Source: Perna viridis (taxonomy: Eukaryota). Taken from it: 64,000 nucleotides of DNA. Under the pieces are notes generated by a model that was not told the DNA's origin, searched no databases, and saw only the letters and a program-made list of their open reading frames with translations. The stretch covers positions 10,974,001 through 11,038,000 of the forward strand of contig CM074516.1 in NCBI GenBank assembly GCA_037379345.1. Direction: 5' to 3'. Of this stretch, positions 13,601 through 26,018 are shown piece by piece; position 1 is the first letter of the stretch, and every line of letters begins with the position of its first letter. The position numbers and the translations under genes are program-made.

Positions 13601-16600
13601 AAAATTCAGACACTGCCAATAATAAAGTGATTCATGATGTAGAAAAACCCACCGAACAAACAATGCTTATTCAATCTACATATGCTATATATTTACATAA
13701 AAATGTTTATTTCTGTATCAATATCTGCACTTTTGAGAAAATGTTACATTTATCTCCCATTAAAATCAACCAAATCAAACAAAATCAAGAACAATAACTC
13801 TTGCAAAGCACTAATATCATGTACAATCTATATAATTTTTATCTCAAAAGCGCAAACCCCAAATGAAAAACTAAATATTGTTATGTGATCAGTAACTATT
13901 TCTGAACCAGAAATAAAAGTGAATTTGGTGGGTTTTTGACATGCATGAATCACCTTCTGCCTGATTTTTATCAAAACTGCTACTGAAACAGCAATCCTTA
14001 AGGCTTTGGTGCCACAAATATACAAGTATATTAATATTCTTACACCAATCAGAAATAAAATATTTTTATTTTAAACTCAGAACATTCAAGTGCTTCTTGC
14101 AACATAAATGAGTTGAGGAATAATCTAAAATTAACTGTTAAACATAGTAACACCTGAAGTTTAGTTTGGAAAACTTCGTATCGTAAAAAGGGTTATTCAT
14201 GCAAAGGTTAAATTTTGTGAATTTAGAGGTCAAAGCTATTCATTAGTATAATATTTGAGATTTTCTTTACTATGTTTCTATATACAGCTTTAATAATTAT
14301 TTCATATAAGGGATGTTTTTGCCGAATATTTAATGACCACAAATTTAGAGAAATACAAACATTAACTCTTTGCAAAAATTTTCTATTTTACAGTACTTTT
14401 TCAGAAGTTTGTATTGAGGAAGATTGATTGACGGTTTATGCATATATGTCCTATATTTCAGGCATTTCAGGAAGAAAACAATTGAATAATCGAACAATCC
14501 CTGTTTTTTACTTGTCCAAAACACAGAACCAGATATTTATTGTGCTGATGATTGAAGCCACTACCCCTCCCCCACTTGAGGTGAGCCTGCTGCTTTGTGA
14601 CCATTAAGCCAATTTCAACACACAAAAAAAAAATTTTTTTTAGAACTTGAAACATACATATGCTGCAGGCAGCCCTGTGGTGCAAGAGTTTCTTTGTTGC
14701 TCATTGAAAACCCATGAGAGGCCTTAAGCTGACATTTTTCATCCCGGTGGAATTGTTGTCGCTTTGATCTATTCACCATATCCAATCTTGTTATTAATAT
14801 ATGGTTATCTAATCCAATGGGAATTGTATCACACTACATTATAATACATGTGCTGATAAATATAGACATCAATTTTAGTTTCATTTTACTCCTTAATTAC
14901 AGGAACATCACTTCCTCCCATTCTTAGCCAGTCATTTAAAGTGCACGTTCCAAGCAGTCATTAAATTTCTTAGAGAGTTTTCTCGCAATTTTTCATTTTT
15001 AGAGTTTTCTAAAGATTTCATGGGAAAAACGGATTCTTCTTCAGCTTAATTTTGAATCAAATTATTTCTCCACTCTCTATGATAAAATTACCATAAGATT
15101 TTAACATGCTCGCTAAAGCTTTTATGTTGGGAATCTAGATTTTACCATCTTTAGTGAACAAATAATTTAAACTGCTCATTACTGAAAAAAATCTATAAGT
15201 ACAAGTATTTCTACATTTCAATATTACAATGTACATGAGTATTTCTTAACCTTTTTTAATAATCAGTTCTTACCGAGTCCTTCTCACCACTGTCTTTAGT
15301 AATCTTATCTCCCTGTTTTATTCCACCACTGACAAAGCCTATAGGAGCTGTCATATCTTTGGTTTTTCTAGATCTTCCAAAACTGGGCCTTTCATCATCA
15401 CTGTCATTATCAGCCCACATGCCTGTAAATTAAAACATCAAAACCATTGTATGTCAAGTATTTGTTGGATAAAAAAACAAGTAATTTGTAAAATAAAAAG
15501 GTTCATTGTGTAAAATCATAAGATTAGCTGAATTGTTTTGGTAAAAATAGGACATTGATAGAACAAAATGATAACCTGCCACATAATGGGGAAAAAAAAG
15601 AGGGATGAAAAATGTACCAAATAATTAAAAAAGTACATATTTCATTTTGCTTAAAATTTATCCAAACCTGTATTTTATGATACTTAACAACTAGTGATAC
15701 CCTTGTTTTTAATCACGATATAAAGAAAAATTCATGTGTTTTTCTGAAAACAGGAAGTAGATGTCATATGTGTACAAAAACACATCCCACTATGCAACAT
15801 CTCTATAGGAAGCTTCGTACAATATATATTAAAAATCTGTCATTAACAGTAGCTGAAATAAATGTGAAGAAAATTTTGCTTATTACCACCACATAAGGAA
15901 AATTCTTGTTTTTCCCTCAGCAAACACGAAGTATATGTCATAGGAGTATGAAAATGTGCTTTATTTGTATTTTATTTGTATTAAGAAGGTAGACCTAGGG
16001 TAAGGGATACAACTCTTACAAATCATTGAAACATTTGACATCAATCTCATGTAAGCATCGAAGTAACTTGGACTGATTTCATTCTGTTTCAAAAGAAAGT
16101 TTGAGAGACTTTGGTAAAATTGAATATGATACAAACATCATATTCAAGAGTAATGTCCCTTACCCTTGGTCTACCCACTCCTTCCCGTTTAACTTTTAAA
16201 CATGGCTTTTGTTCATTTATTTACTATTCTTAAAGCAGTATTCCCCATTCTCCTATGCAGCAGGGGTATAAAAATACAAACAATGTATGTATAGGTACAT
16301 GTATGGAGCATGTACAATAATCATGATCACAATCATGATACATGTAGTCATACATGTTTGTAGTATGCATATTTACATACATGTATGGTTACCCTACAAT
16401 TCTCTTATGTAAAAATTGGCTTGCTAACATATGTCTTTGTATGATTACTACACATGTGTGGACATGACTTTACGAGGTCTACAAACAAAGCGGAAAATGG
16501 CAAATCAGAAGTAAATTTACAGTAAAAAAAAGAATCGTACGGTAAAATCTGGATTTGAAATAATGGAATTCCACTAAAAAGCGGGAAAAAATCATGTCTG

Positions 16601-17769
16601 CAGTGATCACAATATACATGTTTTATGATAATCATAACTAAATTATAACAAATGTTAATCATTTAACACTTAATTCATTGAATAATCATACATGTTGCAC
16701 TTCATCTGATACTCCTGTGTAGCTGTTTAGCATGTGTACCCCCAACCATGATCACAGTAATCATATGGTCAAAATACACTTCTGTCAACCAAAATTTTAA
16801 TGTCCACACTATTCACAGTAGAGTCACTCATGTTCTCCACTGTGACTCCACCAAAGTAAAAACTGAGATAAAATTGCTCCATTTCAATAGTTTTCAATTT
16901 TTTTCTGTCCTTTGCTAAAATGTTATTAAACTGCTAGAACCATTTAATATAAATTGGTATAAAGACAACAGAAGTTAATTACAGACAATTTTTAAAATGG
17001 TGACTCTAGAGACACTGTGACTCCACTTAAAATATCTCCACTGTGTAGAGCGGAGAAATTAATATTTGTGTTGACAGTAGTGTATCTGTTCTGAGTTGAA
17101 AATAGCTGGATTCAAATTAGGCCAAAACAAAAAAATATGTGTGTTTCTTGGTAATACCTATCTTTTTTTGTGCCCAACTAAAATATTATGTAGCCATTTT
17201 GGCTCAAGCACAGTAAAAGTCCAGATTGTTTTCCCATTCACACAATATAAAATGTTTTAGAAAAATGAAATGATTTCCCTACCTCCCTATCCTATTTTTG
17301 TCTTGATGGTAGCATGAAAACAAGACTTTCATGTTTTTTTTGGGGCTTGCAGTACATTTTTTTTATTTTTTTTTAATAATAAGAAATTTACAAATGTACA
17401 TGTATTGCAACAATAAGATAAAAAATTTGTTTTATCATTAAAACTTTGATTATCAGCATGAAGAATGATGATTTTTAATGTGAATTTGCATTTATAAAAC
17501 AAAGCTTGAAACTGTTCATTAAATAAACAGTGGAAAAAAACAGATAAAGTGAAATGTAACAAATTCTCCAGCCTATAACTTAATACAAAACAGTAAATAC
17601 TTCCACAGGTCATCTGACATAAGATGCAATGCTAATGTATAAACTCATATAAATTCAATATACCATATATAGCCTGATTTTTTGTCTGTCGTCTCCCTGC
17701 CCTGGGGTAGAATTCATTGGCAAGATCCTCCTCTGTCACCTCAAACCTCTCAACCTCTGGGGAAGACAT
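1189..17769 (-). CDS. TFIP11: Tuftelin-interacting protein 11 (G-patch spliceosome disassembly factor); 11 coding exons in window, 3' part continues left of position 1
   Basis: Exons 17769-17664, 15422-15274, 13221-13133, 11324-11267, 10290-10078, 8843-8690, 7882-7720, 5613-5491, 4364-4217, 2563-2379, 1604-1189. All are GT-AG and the phases chain without a break (1804 nt, ~601 aa). Peptides: N-term [29 protein letters not shown]; G-patch [26 protein letters not shown]; KVKVIDMTG; PELMHNL; GCFC region [33 protein letters not shown]. Confidence 0.95.
2379..2563 (-). CDS. TFIP11: TFIP11 coding exon 10
   Basis: [35 protein letters not shown]. Confidence 0.92.
2640..2850. mobile_element. TTAA-flanked MITE (Kolobok-like); further copies at 5649-5859 and ~15985-16180
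   Basis: TIR ggaggtagacctagggtaagggacataactc with its reverse complement ~210 bp away; TTAA flanks; three similar copies in the window. Confidence 0.65.
4217..4364 (-). CDS. TFIP11: TFIP11 coding exon 9
   Basis: [49 protein letters not shown]; cag/gtaag. Confidence 0.92.
4946..5133. mobile_element. Small MITE (hAT-like CAG termini) nested in an older TIR element (~4749-5168)
   Basis: Perfect 14-bp TIR cagtgttctcccca / tggggagaacactg. Confidence 0.65.
5265..5420 (-). mobile_element. Degenerate tRNA-derived SINE
   Basis: Minus-strand head 'ggtcttgtggtagcatcctcactttgagtgcaagaggtcatagactcaatcccc' has tRNA-like A/B-box spacing. Confidence 0.45.
5491..5613 (-). CDS. TFIP11: TFIP11 coding exon 8
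   Basis: [40 protein letters not shown]; cag/gtaag. Confidence 0.9.
6050..6345 (-). mobile_element. Penelope-like element 3' tail (second partial copy at ~6660-6890)
   Basis: Near-identical to 22960-23250. Confidence 0.75.
7720..7882 (-). CDS. TFIP11: TFIP11 coding exon 7
   Basis: [36 protein letters not shown]. Confidence 0.92.
8690..8843 (-). CDS. TFIP11: TFIP11 coding exon 6
   Basis: [30 protein letters not shown]; tag/gtatg. Confidence 0.92.
9214..9875. mobile_element. Tc1/mariner-pogo-type MITE
   Basis: ta|cagtcaaacctcg...aagttcaactg|ta; TA duplications; subterminal gttcgag repeats. Confidence 0.65.
10078..10290 (-). CDS. TFIP11: TFIP11 coding exon 5 (G-patch)
   Basis: [49 protein letters not shown]. 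Confidence 0.93.
10307..10464. mobile_element. Short TA-flanked MITE
   Basis: ta|cggtgaaacctgt..aaacc ... ggtttagacaggtttcaatg|ta. Confidence 0.6.
11267..11324 (-). CDS. TFIP11: TFIP11 coding exon 4 (G-patch start)
   Basis: [19 protein letters not shown]; cag/gtaag. Confidence 0.92.
12275..12889. repeat. 25-bp minisatellite with 75-bp higher-order periodicity between short inverted ends
   Basis: Monomers built on (c)gtttaaa(c/t)g cycling gatagaa/agaagga/actagga; ends ttcaggtttcc / ggaaacctaaa. Confidence 0.85.
13133..13221 (-). CDS. TFIP11: TFIP11 coding exon 3
   Basis: [30 protein letters not shown]; cag/gtaag; phases 0/2 fit the neighbouring exons. Confidence 0.8.
15274..15422 (-). CDS. 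TFIP11: TFIP11 coding exon 2
   Basis: [33 protein letters not shown]; cag/gtaag boundaries. Confidence 0.9.
16777..17082. mobile_element. TA-flanked MITE
   Basis: ta|cacttctgtcaac...gttgacagtagtg|ta. Confidence 0.55.
17664..17769 (-). CDS. TFIP11: TFIP11 first coding exon
   Basis: ATG at 17769, [38 protein letters not shown] donor at 17663; an acceptor AG at 17790-17789 implies an upstream UTR exon. Confidence 0.88.
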
Positions 17770-19446
17770 GGTTTTGTCTCTTTTCTACCTACATGTAGTT
17801 AGAGAAAATACAGTAACATATTTGAAATCAAGACAGTGGCCTTTTCTTATAAAGCCTGTGTAATTTGCTACATGCATCATGTTGTGTCAAAAATGTTATG
17901 AGAAAGGCTGCTTGTCACATTTAAATGCTTGAATAAAAAACTTCTTTATCCTAAACTTAAAAACTCTCATTAGGCCAAACATAAAAAAATGTGTGGTTCC
18001 AGTCATCAGACCCACCCACTGCCCCATCCTTTTTTTTTTGCAAAAATGTGAAAATAAAATAAAAACTGACCAACCCCATTAACTTAGGGTAATCTAGATT
18101 GCTTAACTTCTCAAAACCAGACTATTTACAGTAGTAAACAATATTGTTAAACAGGATAAACTCTGCTTCAATTGTTTAGGTAAGCACTTTCTTAGAGACT
18201 GCAAGTCAAAGCATAAATGCAGAAATTGTGACAAGGGACATCACACCAGTCTATGCAATGGAAAACAAGGTTCTAACCCACAAAGAGAAGACTAAATGGA
18301 ATCAACCAAATCAGGACCAGATGTTTTGTTGAAGACTGCTATTCAGCTATACATGAAGCTTATTGTAGGTTAATAAAAATCATATTTCTTGACATTCGCT
18401 AACCTTTTAAAAAGTGCAATTGTTTTATTTATCTGTTATGTAAGAGATAAAATGCATTTTTATTTTCATGTGTAAAGTTCAAATGAAGTCAAACCCGAAA
18501 CAGTTCTTCTGGTAATTTTACAAATATTTGGAATTCCCTTTGATGTCTCTCACTTACAAATGTATTACTAATGACAAATTCCTAGACAAACTTGGCAAAA
18601 TGATAAATGGCATTAAGTCTAATTTGTTGAAATGGGAACCTGATACTTTTGCTTTGGACTTGGCTCCATCTAAAGGCCATTGCCTATCTCATATTATTCT
18701 ATTGTATCCTATATTAGAATAAACCACTTATTATAACTGGGTTAGAGCAACTAACCAATTGTTTTTGTCATCTTAGTATTTGGTTTCACCTATTTCATAT
18801 TAAATTCAGACACTATGAAAATTTGTTATTTAGTTTAGTTATTAGTTTTTCATACAAAAATATACTGCTGTACCCTCTTTCCGATGTATACCTAGTTCCG
18901 ATGTAATATTAATATCCCTTTTTGTACAGAACTGATTGCACATGCTTGGGTCAGCGCTCAGAGGTTGCTGACACTGAACCCGGCCTGTTTCACGAAAACA
19001 ACAACAAAAGATCAGATTGCCTGTATTCCAGGTAATTTTCAAGTTTCAAGCTCAACATGGAGTATTTCCCACTTTTCCAAAACCTCTGTATGCCATATTA
19101 TTTAATCCCTTTTAGAAATGTAGAAAATATACATGAAACCAATCAATGAATATTGATTTATTGTCTGCCATTTGCAAAGCTTCCCAAACAACAATCACGT
19201 GACCAAAATACGTCATGTGTCATACAAATTAACTTTGGAAAGCCAGATTAACAAATAATGAACATTTTCTGAGGATTTGACAAATTAAAATATTGAACAT
19301 ATTTTCCCTCATCTTAAAAGCATTCTGCTTGGAAAAATTCAATGGAAATTAGTAGTTAAGCAAATTTAACACTAGAAAATTTTAACAATGAACAAATTTA
19401 TGCTAATTTGGGATATTTTTTTTTTTACTTACAGATATATAAAAAA

Positions 19447-19510
19447 ATGAAGACAAAACGGTATCACCCTGATGCTTAGAAATCTGCCTTCAATGCAGTA
19501 CAGAATGGAT
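19447..19510 (+). pseudogene. Possible HTH-psq (pogo-type transposase N-terminus) remnant
   Basis: MKTKRYHPDA*KSAFNAVQNG just after a strong acceptor (t12-acttacag); resembles the psq helix 1 pattern Y...L..A..AV..G. Confidence 0.3.
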
Positions 19511-20899
19511 ATTTTTTGTTTTACATTTTTTTTCTTGTTTTGCTGCTGTTGATTTTATTAAAGTTGTTCAAATGTATAAATGATTTAATTTTCTAAGTTA
19601 GAATTAATTCAAATGAAAAATAAGTTGCACAAAAATGGTATATGAAATACTTATATTAGAATATTTAAATGTTTATCCAATAAAAATTAGCAAGTTTAAA
19701 TAATCCAATGATTGACATCACCTAGTATATCAATTTCAAGTAATCTAAAGTATTCTAAATGATTTCAATTCTTAATCAATTTCAATCAAATGATTATTTG
19801 AATAGGAATTGAAATAAGATAAACATTATTTTGAAATAATTTGCCTTAAAAAATGAAGTGTTTAAATTCTCACATAGAGAAATTTCTCTTAAAATAGACT
19901 GAAAAATAGATTCTATAAAGTTATTTTTGTTCAGTACTATATTTTTTCAATAAATTGAATACTAGCATATTTCTATTTATTTAGTGAAAATGTATTGTAT
20001 CCCATATGGCTCCCCATACTTGTTTAATCTCTGTACTGGAAATGCATGGATTTGGGGTATGACAACAATAATGGCGGATGATTGACATTTGATTTTCAGT
20101 CACTGGTGAAATAATTAAATAAAGATGCACCTAACATAATTTACAGAAAGGGAAAGTAGAATGTCCGAATTTTATTTCTATAAATTATAAATAATATTAG
20201 CTTCGTCTGGTCAAATCGGTAACTCGATCGGAAAAATATTATTTTGACCAACGGAATGGGGGTACCCCTTTATACTAAAAAAAAAAAAAAAAAACACCTT
20301 TTCCTTTAATTGTGGTCCAAATATGGAGGACACTGAACATGTCATGTGCCTGTGAAAACGAAGCCCTACGTCTACCAGTTTCTAAACATACATGTACAAT
20401 ACAATACAAAAGCTTTAATCAAAACAATTACAACAGCCAACATAACTTAAGCACTCCTAGGAGCTTTTAAAATCGACATATATACCTAGCTTGGTGTAAT
20501 GTAACACTAATCAAATATAATTGCGTCGTGTAAATTGTGAAATGCTCTGTGTTAATTTTGGATATATCTACTCTTTCATATTTATAAAAAAATGTTCAGT
20601 TTTTCTGTGGTGCCAAAACGTTTTATCGATGTTACTTTGAATTACTGCCAAGATTTTAATGTTCGTATTCACTAAAGCGCACTCTCGACTAAGTATATAG
20701 TACTGTCCATCTAATCAACTTAATCGTACCTAGACAATTTTCGTCCCATAGTTAAAAGCGTATTCTGTAAAAATTGGAGTAAACCTGGTATAGTTATTAA
20801 AATTCACCAACATTATCCCCATTGTTATAAGGTCTTGTGATTAGCATACTTGTACGAATCACATTTTCTGGCTAGAATAAAAAACGAACCTTCCAAACA

Positions 20900-21800
20900 G
20901 ACAGAGAAATCAAGGCACCCACGTGCACGATTCTAGCGGAAATCGAAAGAATGGAACCCAGCAAGAAAGACCAGGCTTGAAAAAACAGACACACACACAA
21001 CAACGTATATGTTATAACCAAAATTAAAACAAACAAAGTAAAAAAAGTAAATGAGCAACTCGGACTCGGACTCCACTAAAAACTGCCGGTAGGATAAGTG
21101 TCCTCTGCTTTTCCTTTTCTAGTAACACCCACCGGGTTGCTCACAAAAAGTCAAGACCAGGGCAGACGAAAGAGGAAATGAAAACTGTGACAAGTTGAAC
21201 AAATTTTTCAAAGTGCCGATGACCATACCGTAACGATCTACGAGTTCATGATGACGACCTTAAAACTTCTGTACTGATGACTTGTAGCACCATAACCCTG
21301 TTCCAGAAGCCTAATTGTAACAGAATTCTAGTGCGAATCAAAAAGTCTGCGTAGTTACGGAAAACTCTGGTATAACGTATGAGTTATAATAAATGAAAAC
21401 TCTACGCAGGTGCTGAAAGAACGTTGCCAAAGATGAAAGGAAAGTTGACAATACGGAATGAAAAGTCATCGCATTTGTCGTATAGTATGGTCAATAAGTT
21501 TTCTTTACCATCGATCTCTAAGTGTAGGTCAAGATATATGGCTGACTTAATAGTGTCAGTAGTATCCTTTTTAGTTAAAGGGGAAGATGCGATGTATCAA
21601 ATACCCGAAACTAGAATTGTTTAACGATGATACTTTTATCTATATAGCGGAAACATAGATTAAATGATCTGGCTAAATGATGTTCCCACTTTTGGATCAG
21701 ATCAACTATAAAATCAGCCTCACAAGAGTAAAGGAATAGGTTAGCAAGTAGAGGCGCACAATTTGTTCCATTGGAATGCCGACCGTTTGTTAAAAAACAC
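20900..21800 (-). mobile_element. Degenerate Penelope-like RT copy
   Basis: GTNCAPLLANLFLYSCEADF..FRYID; collinear with 22960-23880 with deletions. Confidence 0.8.
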
Positions 21801-22127
21801 AAGATATTTGTTTGTTTGTAATCCCCTTCCTGCTAAACACAAAGACGTAAAGGCTTATTTATAACATTCTGAGGTTAGAAGACTTGTTATTACATGCATA
21901 TGCAATACAATTAATTTTTTGACTTTTGAGAGCGTGTCCATGCAAATACCAGACAGTTGGTTGCACATTACAGATTTTGATTCCAAATGTTATCATGTTG
22001 AATATTGGTTTTTTGATTAATTGCAACGATTAAAGAAAAAATAAAGTATGTGGAAAGCATTGAAATTCGTTGGAGAAAGGGAGATAAATCCTTAATTTGA
22101 GCAAAATTCGGTTCCTTTGTTTGGGAA

Positions 22128-22518
22128 TTTTAAAATCATTTTCACAGCCATCCACTGTCGATTCAAAATAAACTTTATGATATTTGACATACATATGATA
22201 AATCAATCACATTGGAACAAAAACAATCAGTGGGATAAAGTTTACCATGTTTCACCCATATTAAAGGATCTGCCTGTTATTTAAATGGAGAGCCTCTTAA
22301 TACATATGCATGCTGTTGATATGAAGAAAAAAAAATTCCTAGGGCGACTGAGAGCAACATTTTATCTTCTGATATGATTTCTCTATTCGAAAAGACAATT
22401 TTAAAATCATTTTCACAGCCATCCATTGTCGATTCAAAATAAACTTTATGATATTTGACATACATATGATAAATCAATCACATTGGAACAAAAACAATCA
22501 GTGGGATAAAGTTTACCA
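22128..22518. repeat. ~120-bp direct duplication (22128-22247 / 22398-22518)
   Basis: attttaaaatcattttcacagccatcc...gtgggataaagtttacca occurs twice. Confidence 0.8.
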
Positions 22519-22922
22519 AGAAATAGAAAGTTTTTGACAGAGTTATTTGCCGTTGAAATGTTCCGATTCTGATGGTGCAAATAGTCAAATTAGACTTTTA
22601 CAATGATGAGTTTTTTCATACCATGTCTCACCCACTGCCTAATTCTTACAGAGACCGACACTTGATTTCTTATCCAACAATATGTAAATATGTGAACACA
22701 GGAGAGTTATAATGCATACATCAGTTCTGCTTTTCAATTGCTATCGACACATATTTATGTTTTTTCTTTTTGTTTTGCTTTTTATGGTTTGTTATTATTT
22801 GTTTTCTTTTTTGTGTTTTTTTTTCTTTTTTGTTTCCTGTGAAAATTAAAACCAATAACGACACTTAACCCTTAAAAAATCAGGACCACATAAAGTTCTA
22901 TGATAACACGAGTAACATATTT

Positions 22923-24662
22923 TCAAAGAGTAATCAAGGGAACCAGGGTAATAGCGGTAATCAAAGAGTAATCAAGGGAACCAAGGTTATAGCGGTAATC
23001 AAAAGAATGTAATCCAGGGACAAAGACCAGACATGGAAAACAGACATACACAACAAAGAATACAAAGCAACTAAAACTACACATACAAAGTAATAAAAGT
23101 AAATGAGCAACTCGGACTCCACTAAAAACTGGGAGCCTGGACCAGGTGCACCGGTAGGGTAAGCGTCCTCTGCTTTTCTAGAAACACCCGCCGAGTTGCT
23201 CATAAAAAGTCAAGTCCGGGGTAGACAAACGAGGAAAGGAAAACTATGACCCGTTGAATAAATCAGTTTTCATGGTGCTGATGGATACACCATAACGATC
23301 CACGAGTTCATGATGACGATCATAAAATTTCTGTAGTGATGACTTCAATCTTGTAGCAACAAAACCCTGTTCCAGAAGCCTATTTGTTAGAGTTCTAGCG
23401 CGATACAAAAAGTCTGCGTAGTTTCGGCAAGCTCTGGCATAACGTATGAGTTGTGATATGAACAGTCCATATGCAGGAGCCGAAGGGATGTTGCCACAGA
23501 TGAAAGGAAAGTTGACAATTCTGAATGAAAAATCATCACGTTTGTCGTAAAGTTTGGTCAATAGTTTTCCTTTACCATCGATTTGTAAGTGTAGGTCAAG
23601 ATATGAGGCTGACTTCACAGTGTCTCTAGTATCTTTTATCTCAAGTTCTTTTGGGTAGATGCGATGTATCAAATCCCCGAAATTAGGATTGTTTAAAGAT
23701 AACACATCTTCTATATAACGGAAACTGAGATTAAAGGATCTGGCCAATCGATATTCTTTCTTTCGGATCAAATCAGCTATAAAGTCAGCCTCATAAGAGC
23801 GAAGAAATAAGTCAGCAAGTAGAGGAGCACAATTTGTTCCCATTGGAATGCCGACCGTATGTTGAAAAACGCGTCCGCCACACTGGAAAAATATGTTGTC
23901 GATTGAAAATTTCAGCATTTTGTAAACATCTTCTTCTGTATATTTGGAAGATGATTTGGAATTATTTTTCACAAAGTATGAGGAATCTCTACCAGAACTA
24001 TATAATGTAACTAGAGGTACTATATTTTTGAAACAAAAACAACGATGTATAATGTTTTTGAGTCGGGATTTTAACTGAGTATGGGGAATTGAAGTATACA
24101 GTGTTGAAGTGGATTCTTGTGGAGTCTAAGAATCCAGTACATAGACGGTAAATCACAATCATCGTCCTTGATAGAGATACCAAAATAGGATAGCACAGAT
24201 TTATTGTTTTCCACAATCTCTTCTTTGGAGAGGTGGTAGCAGCATAGGTCTTATCACTGTTATTATTTTCGACGTCTACCTCTGATAATGAACATTGGAT
24301 GTAAAACGTTTTGCAGACAAAATAATGTTGTTTTGGGCTTTTTCTGCTGGTACGACAACATATTTGTCATGTATTATAGACAATGTTTTTGCTACATAGG
24401 GGTCTTTGAAAACTGATGTAGCATTGGTATTCACTGACCTACTTAAAACTTTCATTCGTTTCAAAATTAAAGACCTCACGGCCTTCAACCATTCTGACAA
24501 TGTCTTCTATTCTCGTTTTATCCATTTTCTTGCGTAGTCCTCCACGGCATCCATGAGAACTTTAAAGTTATAATTCCAATTTATGGAGCGTGGTTCACGG
24601 TACTTGGGACCTTTAGAAAAGATATTACGCAGAGATTCGTTTTCGATGATGGTTAAATCCCC
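22923..24662 (-). mobile_element. Penelope-like retroelement (RT; no C-terminal GIY-YIG), frameshifted, internally deleted and interrupted at 24663
   Basis: GIPMGTNCAPLLADLFL, FRYIED (degenerate YxDD), SASYLDL, LYDKRDDF, upstream VVVPAEKA (DKG-type motif) and KGPKYREP; 38-bp tandem repeat at the 3' end. Confidence 0.85.
23244..23972 (-). pseudogene. PLE reverse transcriptase C-terminal fragment (242 aa)
   Basis: RT motifs as above; catalytic YIDD reads YIED. Confidence 0.85.
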
Positions 24663-26018
24663 CCCAGACAGCATGCCTCCTTTGGGCCAACGTTGGTTCA
24701 ACGGGAGTCATTTATGTTGGGCCAACGTGGGGTACCCAATTTTGGCCCAACGTTGTAAGTGCAAAGAGAGCCAACGTTGGCCCAACGTAATGCCAACATT
24801 GACCCAACGAATACGAAACGAATACCCAATGTTGGCCCAACATAAGCCCAACGTTTACCCAACCAAGCGGTCTGAGCATGGTATTCATTGAGATATATTA
24901 GAATTAAATTTTATAATTTGTTTAATTGTTACGTTGCAGAGTGCTGATGCTATGTACTATATATCAAAGATAGCACTCAAATTCCCCTCAGTTTATCATA
25001 TATATTCTTGAAAGTTAAAACGAACCAATGACAAGTTGATTGCAGTTGAAAACGTTTAAAACAAAAAAATCTATTATCAAATTAGCAGATATTACAGGCA
25101 TTGGTATAATAGATATTGAAAATTTGCAAATCATTTGCATTTGATAGAAATATGATAATGCTTGTCACTGTTTTGTGTTTAGGTAGAATTTACATTGAAA
25201 ATATGTATACGTTTGTTCAAAATGAAAGACAACTTATGTTTTGAAAAAGGCGTATTAAGATTTCAGTAACAAAATAAGGGGGAGATAATCACGTACATTA
25301 TTGTTATCATAAGTTAGATTTGGTTATTCATAATAAGTTATTATTAAGTACTAAATGATAAACACTCGTTACATAAATATTAAACATACACATAACAGTA
25401 TTTTTGACAAAGCTAACAGAGCTTTTTTTAAAGTAAAAATATATATCATTTAATTTTTTGGGTGTTTCAACGCAGTATCGCAGTTTAGATGCAACACAAT
25501 TTTTCTTCAATATGTCTGGATTTGATTTCTTGTTTCACTTTACTTGAGATCAAAAATAATATGAAGTCTGTTTTAACATGTGTATCACCAAAGTTGTTTT
25601 GACGTTAGTTCAATGTTGGCTCACCGTTGGCTATGGGTTGGACTAATGTAGAAAAAAAACAAATTATGTAAGCATGGTTTTGATTTAAAAATTGAAATTT
25701 AACAATACTCTCAAGTACAAACAGCTTCTAAAAAGAAAAACATTAAATGCAAAAGTTATTCTGAATAGTAGGGCCAACGTAGAACCAACGTTGGGCCAAC
25801 GTAAAACCTTTTTACGACATATCAAAACGGCATGTTTAACCATTGGCTTGACATGTATAAACGATTTTGGTAAAAACAAATCAAGAGGAAATATTTTCCC
25901 AAACCACTCACTGCTACATTGGGCCAACGTTGGGCCAACATAGTATTGCCAACGCCAACTAAAAACAAACGAATCAACCATCAGCCAACGTTGGCCTAAC
26001 GGAGGCATGCTGTCTGGG
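24663..26018. mobile_element. Non-autonomous TIR DNA transposon (CCC termini, EnSpm/CMC-like) inserted in the PLE ORF
   Basis: TIR cccagacagcatgcctcc / ggaggcatgctgtctggg; many subterminal ccaacgttgg palindromes; PLE frame PSGHVVT|GDLTIIEN continues on both sides. Confidence 0.8.

Noticed and set aside
22961-23203. Repeated 80-aa hydrophobic ORF (also 6050-6292)
   Set aside because: It is the non-coding 3' tail of the PLE; hydrophobicity comes from T-rich sequence and other copies are broken.
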